Assembly: GCA_965216565.1 (NCBI GenBank) | Contig: OZ244170.1 | Coordinates: forward strand, 928,001 to 992,000 | Length of the DNA stretch: 64,000 bases | Reading direction: 5' to 3' | Source: Bythopirellula sp. | GTDB taxonomy: Bacteria; Planctomycetota; Planctomycetia; Pirellulales; Lacipirellulaceae | Part shown: one piece after another, positions 1 to 9,898 of the stretch | How the letters are laid out: each line of letters opens with the position of its first letter | How positions within the stretch are numbered: position 1 is the stretch's first letter | Notes under the pieces: generated by a model | What the model saw: only the letters and a program-made list of their open reading frames with translations | Databases searched by the model: none | What the model was told of the DNA's origin: nothing | Translations under genes and position numbers: made by a program

Positions 1-3000
1 TTTGGCGGGGTGACCGACCTCGACACGGGCGATCAGCGCGCGGTCGAACTGGTCGACAATCAAGGTGCGTCCGTCACCTTTAGCAATCTGATGGCTACTT
101 CAGATTCGACGACCGAAACTTTCCTCGTCGAAGGTGGCGGCACGATTACCGTGAACGACGATCCGAACAACGAAGGATTCATTAACAATACCGACACCGG
201 CGATGCGGTGGTCATTTCTGGTGACAACGGCGCCGGCACGGGGAATCCTAATGTGACTATCGACGCAAATATCAATAACTCTGGCGGTGGTTTGGCGGTC
301 AATGTGCAGGACATGACCGGCGGCTCGGTCGACATCAATGGTGATGTCAGCGATCCAAACGCCGATGGCATGGGTATTCTGGTCCAGGACAATGCGGACA
401 CGACCGTTTCGTTTGATGGTCTCACTAATCTCGATACCGGCACAAGTAATGCGGTTACGCTGCGAGATAACGATAATACGTCGATCACCTTCAACAATCT
501 CAAGGCCACTTCCGAATCTGGAGACGAGACCTTCCTGGTTGAGGGCGCTGGCAACATCACGGTCAGCAACGATCCGAACGATGAAGGCTTCATAAACAAC
601 ACGGGCACCGGCTCGGCGGTTATCATCTCTGGAGATGGCGGCGCAGGAACCGGCAATCCCAATGTGCAGATTGATGTGGATATCAACAATTCCGGCGGCG
701 GTCTAGCGGTCGACATTCAAGATATGACGGGCGGTTCCGTAGACATCAATGGCGACGTAACCGACAACGATACCAACGGCATGGGCATCCTGGTCGAAGA
801 CAATGCGGACACCACGATCACCTTTGACGGGGAAACGAATCTCGACACTGGAACTAACAATGCGGTGACGCTAAGAAACAACGACACATCGACTATTAGC
901 TTCAACAATCTGATGGCCACGTCGTCCTCGGCAAGCGAGACTTTCCTGGTCGAGGGTGGCGGCACTATTAGCGTCCTCGATCCAAACGATACAGCGCTCA
1001 TCGAGAACACGGGCGCGGGATCGGCGTTTGTTGCACGGGGAGATAGCGACGCCGGTTCAACTGGAGATCCAGATATCACCGTCCTAGCAGACATTACGAA
1101 CTCTGGTGGCGGACAAGTTGTCGATATCCAAGACTTCACCGGCGGTTCGGTTGTCATCACGGGTGATGTGACCGACAACGATACCAACGGTATGGGCATC
1201 CTCTTGCAAGAGAATTCTGGTGGAACCTTCTCCTTTGCAGGCGAAACCACCCTGGATACCGCAGGCAACAATGCCGTGACACTCAACAGCAACGATGGTG
1301 CCACGATTTCATTTAGTACACTCAATGCAACCGCAGAAGATGGCGATACATTTGCCGTTCGAGGTGGCGGAACCATTTCGGTGACTGATCCTAATAGCGT
1401 CATCGAAAATACTGGTACCGGCATCGCTTTGTTCGTTGATCCTAATTCAAACGGCGATCCGAACATGACCATCAACGCTGATATTGTGAATACTGGCGGC
1501 GGCATGTCGGTGGTGATTCAAGATCTCAATGGAGAGGGCGTGGCCATCAACGGCGAGGTCAACGATACCGACGGCGGTGTGCTGGTTCAGAACAACAACG
1601 GTGGTGCCGTAATTGAGTTCAATGATACCGTTACTGTCGATGCTGGTGGAGGCGTTCTAGTCCAGAACAATGGCGGCGGCGCCATGATTCAGTTCAACGA
1701 CACCGTCACTGTCGATACTGATAGTAACAATGCGGTCGAAGTCTCCGGTAATGCGAACGCGATTATTGACTTCAACGGCCTAGACCTGGAAACGAATAGT
1801 GGAAACACCGGTTTCTCGGCGACTGGCGGCGGAACGCTCACGGTCAGCAACACCAATCCCACTTCTGTGCAACAAGAGGGAGCGGGTTCTGCCATTGAAA
1901 TAACGAATATGACAATCGGTGCCGGTGGCGTCGCTTTCGATACCGTCAACGTCACCGGTGGAACCTCGGACTCAGTAATCCTCGAGGATTTGAATGGTAC
2001 GGGTCTGGTTACGATCGGTTCTGCCACCGATCCGAATATTGCTGGCGAAATTACGACAGCGGGTACGGGGATCGCTGTAGACAACGTTGCCAATCTCGCC
2101 GTGAACAACATCACGATCGATCAATCTTCGACAGCAGGCGATGGCATCGAGATTACCAATCAATCTGGAACTTCCACCGCCTCGTTTAACGACGTAACCG
2201 TCAACAACTCACTTGGAGACGGCATACTCGTCAATAACAACAACGCCGGCAGCACTATTGCCTTCAACACCACGACCGTCACCTCAACCTTCACCGGAGA
2301 TTCGGTTGTCAATACAGACAATACCGATGCCTCGATCACCTATACTGAACTCACCGCTTCGGCTGTGGGCGGCGATACATTCACTGTCCAAGGCGGGGGT
2401 GAAATTAGCGTTCTTAATGGGTCAGGCGGGAGCACGATCGATAACATCGGCACGGGTTCGGCGTTGGTGGTCCAAGGCGATGACGACGACGGTGGATCAA
2501 ACTTCGTCGGCGATCCCAACCTGGCAGTCGAAGCGGATATCACCAACTCGGGTGGTGGATTTGCGGCCAGTATTCGCAGGCTCGCCGGTGGTGACGTGAA
2601 TATCGCAGGCAATGTTAGTGATTCGGATCCCAATGCCATTGGTATGGGCATTCTGATCGAAGACAACAGTGGTGGCACTATTACTTTCCGTGGCGATGTC
2701 ACTCTAAACACTGGAGACAACGACGCCCTAACGATTCAAGACAACGCTACGGCCAACACGGTGACTTTCAACGGTGCCAGTCAGCTTGATATTGATACCG
2801 CCGACGGTCGCGGCATCGTGATCGCTGATACCGGGACAGTGAATATTCTCGGTACCGGCAATACGGTCGACACGGGCGATAGCGTAGGTATTGATATTGA
2901 TGACGTTCGCAATCTAACGGTGAACAACACCACGGTCAGTAACGACCCGAACGGGACGAATTCGGCTATAAATCTTGTCCATACAAGCACTGCCAATTCC

Positions 3001-3669
3001 ATCATCAGGTTCAACAGTACAACAATCAATTCATCCGGAGACACGGCTGTCAACCTACTAGCCAACGGCAGCGGTTTGTTCGACATCGAGATGGACGATG
3101 CAGATATCAACATTGGCGATGTTAAGGGCATCTTACTCGATACTGGGGCTGCAGCCGACCGTGTCAACTTTACTCTAACCAATAGTGAAATTACTGTTGG
3201 GGACGAAAACGCAATCCAGGCAGTGCTTGACGACACGAATACAGCTGACGTTCGGTTCTTGCTGCTCGATAACGATCCGATTGCTAACAACAGTGCTACC
3301 GCAGCGACTGTTGATCTGCGAGTCCTAAGTGGTCTATCGTTCAACGCTACCGTAGGCAATGGGCCGAATGATAATTCGCTACCAGCGGCTCCTCTTGGCG
3401 ATGAAAATCGCTTTGTGAATGCTTCCTCCGGTGACGCATTCTTTGCCGAGTTGAATGATCCCAATGCGGGGGGAACGTTCAATCTCGACTTGCGAGACAA
3501 TACAGCTCAGAGTGGTGGTCCTGACGACTTCGAGCTCGAAAATAACGGCGGTACGTTCAATCTGGTCGACAGAGATGATACGATCAATGATGTCAACAAC
3601 GTCGGAAACGTAGACGTGAACGACCCGAATGCGTTTGGTGATATCGCCGCACCGTTAGCTCAGCCCTAA
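1..3669 (+). CDS. Large repetitive acidic extracellular/surface protein, probable beta-helix adhesin-like (5' end outside the window)
   Basis: Frame is open from position 1. Rich in D/N/G/T with no Cys or Trp. A 137-aa repeat has its LDT(G/A) anchor codons at 19, 430, 841 and 1252 (411-nt period). Confidence 0.8.
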   Translation, partial: FGGVTDLDTGDQRAVELVDNQGASVTFSNLMATSDSTTETFLVEGGGTITVNDDPNNEGFINNTDTGDAVVISGDNGAGTGNPNVTIDANINNSGGGLAVNVQDMTGGSVDINGDVSDPNADGMGILVQDNADTTVSFDGLTNLDTGTSNAVTLRDNDNTSITFNNLKATSESGDETFLVEGAGNITVSNDPNDEGFINNTGTGSAVIISGDGGAGTGNPNVQIDVDINNSGGGLAVDIQDMTGGSVDINGDVTDNDTNGMGILVEDNADTTITFDGETNLDTGTNNAVTLRNNDTSTISFNNLMATSSSASETFLVEGGGTISVLDPNDTALIENTGAGSAFVARGDSDAGSTGDPDITVLADITNSGGGQVVDIQDFTGGSVVITGDVTDNDTNGMGILLQENSGGTFSFAGETTLDTAGNNAVTLNSNDGATISFSTLNATAEDGDTFAVRGGGTISVTDPNSVIENTGTGIALFVDPNSNGDPNMTINADIVNTGGGMSVVIQDLNGEGVAINGEVNDTDGGVLVQNNNGGAVIEFNDTVTVDAGGGVLVQNNGGGAMIQFNDTVTVDTDSNNAVEVSGNANAIIDFNGLDLETNSGNTGFSATGGGTLTVSNTNPTSVQQEGAGSAIEITNMTIGAGGVAFDTVNVTGGTSDSVILEDLNGTGLVTIGSATDPNIAGEITTAGTGIAVDNVANLAVNNITIDQSSTAGDGIEITNQSGTSTASFNDVTVNNSLGDGILVNNNNAGSTIAFNTTTVTSTFTGDSVVNTDNTDASITYTELTASAVGGDTFTVQGGGEISVLNGSGGSTIDNIGTGSALVVQGDDDDGGSNFVGDPNLAVEADITNSGGGFAASIRRLAGGDVNIAGNVSDSDPNAIGMGILIEDNSGGTITFRGDVTLNTGDNDALTIQDNATANTVTFNGASQLDIDTADGRGIVIADTGTVNILGTGNTVDTGDSVGIDIDDVRNLTVNNTTVSNDPNGTNSAINLVHTSTANSIIRFNSTTINSSGDTAVNLLANGSGLFDIEMDDADINIGDVKGILLDTGAAADRVNFTLTNSEITVGDENAIQAVLDDTNTADVRFLLLDNDPIANNSATAATVDLRVLSGLSFNATVGNGPNDNSLPAAPLGDENRFVNASSGDAFFAELNDPNAGGTFNLDLRDNTAQSGGPDDFELENNGGTFNLVDRDDTINDVNNVGNVDVNDPNAFGDIAAPLAQP

Positions 3670-3692
3670 GCCTTTTACTCTTGCTGCCGTCC

Positions 3693-4163
3693 ATGCTTGC
3701 CGCAACTCTGTGCTGTGAAGAATGTGGTTGGCAAACGGTTTGTGGGCAGCGCGAGTTGGAACAGCGCTTGCGCAAGCTGGGTCTGCTCAGACGAGCCTCG
3801 CATCCGCCCGAAGAGATGGTGAGCGAATTGCTCACCATGCACTTGTGCCGGCTTGCTTGCGACAGTTGCCAAGCTGTAGGGCTCTTGATTGTCCCCGACG
3901 AGGGGACTGGTCGCGACGATGATTGGCAGCAGGCCGTGGTCTGTGAGGTTTGCCATGAGCCGATCGATCCCGAGCGGCTGGAGATCTTCCCCAGCGCCAC
4001 ACATTGCGTCGGTTGCCAAACCGCCGAGGACAAAGGGGAGCAAAAGGAAGAATTCGATTTCTGCTCCAAATGTGGGGCCCTCTTGGAACTTCGCGTCAGC
4101 CGTGCCGGCGGGATCACCCGCTACAAGCAGTTCTGCACGGGCAATCCGCCCTGTCGCCTCTAG
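3693..4163 (+). CDS. Multi-zinc-finger protein with a DksA/TraR-type C4 finger
   Basis: CEVCHEPIDPERLEIFPSATHCVGCQ matches the DksA/TraR C4 finger. Extra CxxC pairs: CEEC, CDSC, CSKC. ATG at 3693. Confidence 0.75.
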   Translation: MLAATLCCEECGWQTVCGQRELEQRLRKLGLLRRASHPPEEMVSELLTMHLCRLACDSCQAVGLLIVPDEGTGRDDDWQQAVVCEVCHEPIDPERLEIFPSATHCVGCQTAEDKGEQKEEFDFCSKCGALLELRVSRAGGITRYKQFCTGNPPCRL

Positions 4164-4198
4164 CGGATGTCGATATCGTAAGCCATGATGGGGTCCCG

Positions 4199-4225
4199 GC
4201 GATCCATCGGATCGCGGCTTTTTTT
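4199..4225 (+). terminator. Possible intrinsic terminator
   Basis: GCGATCC-atc-GGATCGC hairpin followed after 3 nt by T7. Confidence 0.4.
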
Positions 4226-4260
4226 GATTCCCTCCAGCCTCCGGCCTACTGCCTCCTTAA

Positions 4261-6417
4261 ATGCACCAACTTGTTGCTACCAGCGCCTTCGGGCTCGAAG
4301 CCGTCGTGGTGCGTGAACTTCAAGACTTGGGATACGAGTCCAAGATCACCCGCCCGGGACGCATCGAATTCGCTGGTAACGACTCTGCCATTTGTCGGGC
4401 CAATCTGTGGTTGCGAAGTGCCGACCGCGTGCTGGTGCAATTGGCAAAATTCCCAGCGGCCGACTTCGACGCACTCTTCGACACCACCAAGGAATTGCCG
4501 TGGGAGCAATGGATCTCGAGTGAAGCGGCGATTCCTGTCCGCGGCCGTTCGCGCAAGTCGCAGCTAACTAGTGTCCCTGCTTGTCAGCGTTCGGTTAAGA
4601 AGGCGATCGTCGAGAGGCTCGGTGATAAGTACTCGTGTACAGAATTGCCTGAAACCGGTCCGCCAGTACCGGTGGAAGTCGCGCTGTTGGAAGACGAAGC
4701 CACGCTTTCGATCGATACCACTGGCGACGGACTGCACAAGCGCGGCTATCGGAAACTCGCTGGCCCGGCACAACTCCGCGAGACGTTGGCGGCGGCGCTG
4801 GTTCAACTTAGCTTTTGGAGATCAGGCCGCCCACTAATCGATCCCTTTTGCGGGACTGGCACAGTATTGATCGAAGCGGTGATGGTCGCGCGCCGCATGG
4901 CACCCGGTCGAGCTCGGGAGTTTGCCGCGGAGGCGTGGGAGGCGATTCCCGCCAACACTTGGAAGCAAGCGCGCGAAGAAGCTGAAGATCTGATCCTGCC
5001 AAAACTGGAAGAGCGGCCGCTGGGCACCGACATCGATCCCGAAGCGTTGAAACTCGCCCGCTATCACGCGGCTCAAGCCGGGGTGGAAGACGACATCCAC
5101 TTTCAGCAGGGAGCGTTTGCCGATCTGCGTTCGTCGCGCGAGTATGGCTGCACCATCATGAACCCGCCTTACGGTGTACGGATGGGCCGCGACGACGAGA
5201 TCGAGCAACTGTACCGCACGTTGCCAGAGGTCCTCAGGCGTTTGAAAACCTGGTCGCACTTTATCTTTTCGGCTCGGGGAGATTTGGAAAAGCTAGTTGG
5301 CCAAACGGCTGACCGGCGTCGCAAATTGTACAACGCACAGATTGCCTGCACGTACTATCAGTTTTTTGGACCCAAGGAGCCGAAATCTGGTCGGGGGAGT
5401 GAGGCCGCGCCGGCGAAACCGCAAGCGGTGGGTGACGAAGCTTCGCCAGCTTTTGGTGGATTGCGGACCGAGGCTTTGCGCCAGGCTGAGGAGTTTTCCA
5501 ATCGGTTGCGTAAACGGGCCCGTCACTTAAGACGCTGGCCAACCAAACGGGGCATTACATGTTATCGACTTTATGAACGCGATATCCCCGAAGTGCCGCT
5601 GGTGGTCGATCGCTACGAAGACGCGTTACACCTGGCCGAGTTCGAACGCCCCCACCAACGGACTGCCGCCGAGCATGCCGACTGGCTCGATCTGATGGTC
5701 GCTACCGCTGCCGAGACGTTGGAGGTAGAGCGCGATCACGTTTTCCTCAAGCATCGCACCCCCCAGCGTGGCACGCAGCAGTACACGCGAGAATCGGAGG
5801 CGGGGAAGAAAAAAATCGTGCAGGAGGGGGGGCTGCAGTTTGTGGTGAACTTATCCGACTACCTCGATACCGGCTTGTTCCTCGACCACCGCAACACACG
5901 GGCGATGGTTCGCGATGCAGGAGAGGGAAAACGCTTTTTGAATCTATTCGCCTACACGGGCACGTTCTCGGTGTATGCCGCCGCGGGCGGGGCGGCGGAA
6001 ACCACCACCGTCGATCTTTCGGCCAACTACCTGAGTTGGGCGGAGGAGAATCTACGCCTGAACGGATTCACCGGCCACAGCCATCAGCTTGTAAGGAGCG
6101 ACGCCGGCGAGTTCCTCGCAAACTTGCCGGCAGATGCCCAGTTTGATTTGGTCGTCGTCGATCCGCCCACATTTTCCAACAGCAAAGGGCTCGAGCACGA
6201 TTGGGATGTACAGCGCGACCATGCCAGGCTGTTCCAGCGGTTGCAGAAGCACGTCCCCACCGACGGTATCGTGTACTTTTCCACCAACTCCCGCCGCTTC
6301 AAGCTCGACGAGTCGGCTCTCACGGACTGGGATATCCGCGAAATCAGCCAAAAGACTGTCCCCGAAGACTTCCGCAACAAACGCATCCACCGCTGCTGGC
6401 GACTAACGCGGAAGTGA
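4261..6417 (+). CDS. rlmL: Bifunctional 23S rRNA m2G2445/m7G2069 methyltransferase RlmKL
   Basis: THUMP-type N terminus, LHKRGYR, LRETLAAA, DPFCGTGT and NPPYG. The second MTase domain has DYLDTGLFLDHR, FLNLFAYTG and DPPTFSNSK. Confidence 0.95.
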   Translation: MHQLVATSAFGLEAVVVRELQDLGYESKITRPGRIEFAGNDSAICRANLWLRSADRVLVQLAKFPAADFDALFDTTKELPWEQWISSEAAIPVRGRSRKSQLTSVPACQRSVKKAIVERLGDKYSCTELPETGPPVPVEVALLEDEATLSIDTTGDGLHKRGYRKLAGPAQLRETLAAALVQLSFWRSGRPLIDPFCGTGTVLIEAVMVARRMAPGRAREFAAEAWEAIPANTWKQAREEAEDLILPKLEERPLGTDIDPEALKLARYHAAQAGVEDDIHFQQGAFADLRSSREYGCTIMNPPYGVRMGRDDEIEQLYRTLPEVLRRLKTWSHFIFSARGDLEKLVGQTADRRRKLYNAQIACTYYQFFGPKEPKSGRGSEAAPAKPQAVGDEASPAFGGLRTEALRQAEEFSNRLRKRARHLRRWPTKRGITCYRLYERDIPEVPLVVDRYEDALHLAEFERPHQRTAAEHADWLDLMVATAAETLEVERDHVFLKHRTPQRGTQQYTRESEAGKKKIVQEGGLQFVVNLSDYLDTGLFLDHRNTRAMVRDAGEGKRFLNLFAYTGTFSVYAAAGGAAETTTVDLSANYLSWAEENLRLNGFTGHSHQLVRSDAGEFLANLPADAQFDLVVVDPPTFSNSKGLEHDWDVQRDHARLFQRLQKHVPTDGIVYFSTNSRRFKLDESALTDWDIREISQKTVPEDFRNKRIHRCWRLTRK

Positions 6418-6458
6418 GAAATTTGAAGTTTGACTGTTGAAGTGGGACCCGCATGATA

Positions 6459-6477
6459 CATCGCTTGCGGTTTAGCG
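6459..6477 (-). repeat. Short dispersed repeat CGCTAAACCGCAAGCGATG, overlapping the nadE stop codon
   Basis: Identical 19-mer at 13899-13917 (+). Variants at 9776-9793 and 9823-9839. Confidence 0.65.
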
Positions 6478-8466
6478 CAACCCCCGCACATGCTCCCGCA
6501 ACTCCTCCAGCTCGCGCTCGAACCCACCCGAGAGAATCGGGAACCGGCACCAGGTTTTGGGGTCCAGGTTTTCATCATCCAAGTGGAACGAGGGGGCGTA
6601 GCGTTCGCGTTTCCACTGGTTGCGGCACCAAAGCCGGAAGAAGCGCTCGACCCACTCGCCAAGTTGCGCGGTGGAGTGTTCGTCGTATTCGTTGCGTAAG
6701 GCTGCAAAAACTTCCACCGGCGTCTGTTTATCTCGAATGGCAAATCGCTCGATCGCGTCGAGCACCGCATACGGCATCAAGTCGCCCTCGTCCGTTTGGC
6801 TCTGCTGGGGAGGACGCAATTCGGCGGTTGGCTGTTGGCTGGTGATCACGGATAACGTTGACAGAGGTCCCACTCCTTGCGGTCCCGTCGCTTCCATCCA
6901 GGCAAGCCACTCGAGCAGGAATGCTTTGTCGATTCCCGTGATGGGCGCGAGTCCCCCGCAGGTATCGCCGTCCATGGTGGCATAGCCCACCGCCGCTTCG
7001 CTGCGATTGCTAGTCGAAAGTAACAGGGCCCCGGTGAGATTCGCCAACAGCCACACCCCGGGGCCACGAGCGCGGGCTTGAATGTTCTGTAGCGCCACGT
7101 CGTCGGTTTCCCAGGCAAGCTCGCGACCGATGGCCGCAGACACCGTCTCCACGTAGTCTTCCACCAGTCCATCCACATCCCAGCGAAGAAACTGCGACCC
7201 CAGGGCCTCGGCCAACGTCTCGGCGGCATGGGAAGTCGTCTCGCCACTGTTGCGGGTGGATTGATAGACGCAGGTGAGCAACCGACGGACAATCGCTTGT
7301 TCGTCTTTCTTATCAAGAGCGGGCTGAAGGTAGCTAAGCTTCTTCGCAAATCCTGCCAACCCCAAGTCTTCGACGCCCAACTTTGCCATCAACCAAATCA
7401 ACGTCGCCACCGTCGCGGAATCGGCCCCGCCGCTGAGCGACACGATGAAACCCTGAGCGCGGCTTTTCCGCAGATAGTCGAACAACGCCAATGGCACAGC
7501 GCGGGCGAACTCCTCCTCCTTGGCAGGTGGCGACGTATCCCAAGCGGGCGGCTGCGTCGGTGATTGCGGAGTAGTTGGCGTCGGCGGTAAGAAAGAGGAT
7601 TGAATGACGTTTCCAGCGAAACCCTCCCCACCGTCGACCATTGGCTTCGCCTCTTCGCGTGCCCGACGGTTTGCCTCAATGTCGATGTCAGCCAACGTCA
7701 GCACAACGTTGCGGTACGAAAATCGGGGACCCACGGCCACCATCTCATCGCCCGTTGCAATCAGCGAACCGCCGTCATAGATGGCCCGCCCCGACTCGTT
7801 GCCCAAGAGATTGGCGTATGCATAGCCCAGGTGATGTTCCCTGGCCGCATCGAGAACGATCCGTCGCCGCGTTTCCTGCTTAAAGAAAGCAAAGTGACTG
7901 GCACTGGGGTTCAAAATGAGATCAACGTCCGCTGCCGCAAGCCGCGGGGCAGGGCGGTTGGGAACCCAGGCATCGCGGCAAATCTCCAGCCCGACCTTGA
8001 TCCCTCCACATTCGAATAGCAGATCGCCAAACGGATAATTCTTCCCGGCGACGGAAAGCTCCGTCACCTTGCCCGCGGGCCAGGGGTCGAACCAGCGCGG
8101 TTCGTAATGAATGCCATCGCCGGCCAGATACTGCTTGGCAACAAAGCCCAGCAGTTCCCCGTCTGCCACCACCGCACATGCGTTGTACAGTTTGTGCTCC
8201 ACGGGAACGGCGAGTCCCAGGCAAGTGACCAACCCCGCTGTATGGGGCAGAATTTCGTGCAGCAGTTCGAGCGAAGTCTGGTGCAGGCCGGCAGAAAAGT
8301 ATTGGTCCTCGCAACCGTAACCGCTGATGCACAACTCCGGCAAACAGAGCACGCCGACTTCGTTCTCCTGTGCCTCGCCCAGTGCAGCGACAATGTGATC
8401 GCGGTTCTCGTCCCACGCCAGTGGCGTTTGGTTCAGGGCGGCAGCGGCGAGACGAATTTGAGTCAT
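6472..8466 (-). CDS. nadE: Glutamine-dependent NAD+ synthetase
   Basis: Nitrilase-type glutaminase domain (LPELCISGY, K, EIC) plus synthetase motifs SLSGGADS, QNIQARAR, NRSEAAVGYATMDGD, PTAEL and NQWKR. Confidence 0.95.
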   Translation of the reverse strand: MTQIRLAAAALNQTPLAWDENRDHIVAALGEAQENEVGVLCLPELCISGYGCEDQYFSAGLHQTSLELLHEILPHTAGLVTCLGLAVPVEHKLYNACAVVADGELLGFVAKQYLAGDGIHYEPRWFDPWPAGKVTELSVAGKNYPFGDLLFECGGIKVGLEICRDAWVPNRPAPRLAAADVDLILNPSASHFAFFKQETRRRIVLDAAREHHLGYAYANLLGNESGRAIYDGGSLIATGDEMVAVGPRFSYRNVVLTLADIDIEANRRAREEAKPMVDGGEGFAGNVIQSSFLPPTPTTPQSPTQPPAWDTSPPAKEEEFARAVPLALFDYLRKSRAQGFIVSLSGGADSATVATLIWLMAKLGVEDLGLAGFAKKLSYLQPALDKKDEQAIVRRLLTCVYQSTRNSGETTSHAAETLAEALGSQFLRWDVDGLVEDYVETVSAAIGRELAWETDDVALQNIQARARGPGVWLLANLTGALLLSTSNRSEAAVGYATMDGDTCGGLAPITGIDKAFLLEWLAWMEATGPQGVGPLSTLSVITSQQPTAELRPPQQSQTDEGDLMPYAVLDAIERFAIRDKQTPVEVFAALRNEYDEHSTAQLGEWVERFFRLWCRNQWKRERYAPSFHLDDENLDPKTWCRFPILSGGFERELEELREHVRGLR

Positions 8467-9707
8467 ACGGGATCTTTAAGTAGGTGAAGCCGCAGAGCGT
8501 TGAGCGCTTGCTTGGCGGACCGCGCCAGCTTGATGGCTGGGTGCGACGCACACCCAAAACGCAGTTGATGCGTTTGCTCGGCCGTTGCTACAGAGACATG
8601 CAAATGCGAGTCGGGGTTCTCGGTATAGACTGGATACGCCGCCACCCCCAGGCCAAAATCGGATCCGTACTCCTCGCGTACCGCCTCGGCCAACATCTTC
8701 GCTGTTGCGGCGCTGTCGGGTTCAAAGTCTGCGGGCAAAGCGTTCATTCCTGCCAATTGCTGCACGTCCTGCTTGCTGCCGATGGCTCGGGAACCCAGGT
8801 AGGTTTGATTGCCTTCGGAGGCTTCCTCCAGCCAGCGTTCGATCAACCCTTCAGTCGCCCATTCGGCAATTGCCAACGTTTGATTTCGCTCTTCCAACAG
8901 TCTTATTACGACGTGTTCCAAGCCTTCCGTGTCTTCGCCGTAGATCAGTTGCCCGAGTTTTTCATAGATGATCGCGGCGGTTGGTTCCATGGCGAGCAAA
9001 CACTCTTGCTCGTCGCGACCGCTGGCAGTGATTCGCAGGGTGATGGTCGCATCGCTGGCGGTAATGCCGACTCGGGGAATCCGGCCCCGGGCCACGAGGT
9101 CGGGGAGCATCGCTTCAAGCTGACTTTCGCCAATGCCAAAACAACGGATCGACCGATGACGAGTTACCCGCGGTTCGGGCTGAAGTTTGGCAATCACCGG
9201 GGCCACCGTCGCCTGCCACATCTCGTGCATCTCAGCAGGTACGCCGGGGAGTGCAAACACGGCACACTTTCCCGATCCGCCTTCCACGTGCATCTCAATC
9301 CCAGGAGCGGTTCCGTGGGGATTGGGAATTTGAATCGAGCCGACTGGAAAATCGGCTTGCACCGCGTTTCGCTCTGGCATCGTTCGACCACGGCTTTCGA
9401 ACAATTGCCGAATGTGCTGAACGACCGCTTCGTCTCGCTCGAGTTCCACGCCAACCGTTTTTGCCAGGGCGTCTCTGGTGAGATCGTCCGCCGTGGGCCC
9501 CAAGCCTCCGGTGATGGTCACAATCTCAGCCCGGACAATCGCGGCTCGCAGCACCGCCAGATTGTCGTCGAGGTCGTCGCCAACAGTTGTGTGAAATGCG
9601 ACGTCGATGCCCATGTCGCCCAGTTGCTGGCTGATCCATTGGCTATTGGTATCCAGCCGTTGGCCGCTGGTGAGTTCGTCTCCGATGGCAATCACTTCTG
9701 CACGCAT
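8463..9707 (-). CDS. cinA: CinA-family protein: MoCF-like pyrophosphatase domain plus a degenerate PncC domain
   Basis: IGDELTSG..DTNS, GGLGPTADDLTR and LPGVPAEM. The C-terminal CinA domain reads LAIAEWATEG. Overlaps the nadE start by 4 nt. Confidence 0.9.
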   Translation of the reverse strand: MRAEVIAIGDELTSGQRLDTNSQWISQQLGDMGIDVAFHTTVGDDLDDNLAVLRAAIVRAEIVTITGGLGPTADDLTRDALAKTVGVELERDEAVVQHIRQLFESRGRTMPERNAVQADFPVGSIQIPNPHGTAPGIEMHVEGGSGKCAVFALPGVPAEMHEMWQATVAPVIAKLQPEPRVTRHRSIRCFGIGESQLEAMLPDLVARGRIPRVGITASDATITLRITASGRDEQECLLAMEPTAAIIYEKLGQLIYGEDTEGLEHVVIRLLEERNQTLAIAEWATEGLIERWLEEASEGNQTYLGSRAIGSKQDVQQLAGMNALPADFEPDSAATAKMLAEAVREEYGSDFGLGVAAYPVYTENPDSHLHVSVATAEQTHQLRFGCASHPAIKLARSAKQALNALRLHLLKDPV

Positions 9708-9775
9708 AGATGCAAGTGTGATCGCATCGCAGCCACTTGGGAAGGGGCGAGAACGATTTCGGATTCACCAATCGA

Positions 9776-9895
9776 CATCGCTTGCGGTTCCACAACGGCG
9801 AGCCGAGGCGTCCCCGCCCCCGGCTAAGCCGCAAGCGATTCTTGCTCAGGTCTCTGGACCAGGTCTCTGGACTCTCAACTCTAGTCTCTCACCTC
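9776..9895. repeat. Composite intergenic repeat cluster
   Basis: ATCGCTTGCGG...CCGCAAGCGAT inverted pair around GCGAGCCGAGGCGTCCCCGCCCCCGG (a copy with 2 mismatches lies at 14873-14898), followed by CTCTGGA/CTCTAGT-type heptamers. Confidence 0.6.
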
Positions 9896-9898
9896 AAC

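Noticed and set aside
60..3500. Long antisense ORFs (218, 262 and 239 aa) opposite the repetitive surface protein
   Set aside because: Shadow ORFs caused by the codon bias of the D/N/G/T-rich sense gene; no recognisable motifs.
8484..9827. 447-aa plus-strand ORF
   Set aside because: Antisense to the well-supported cinA gene, with no domain features.
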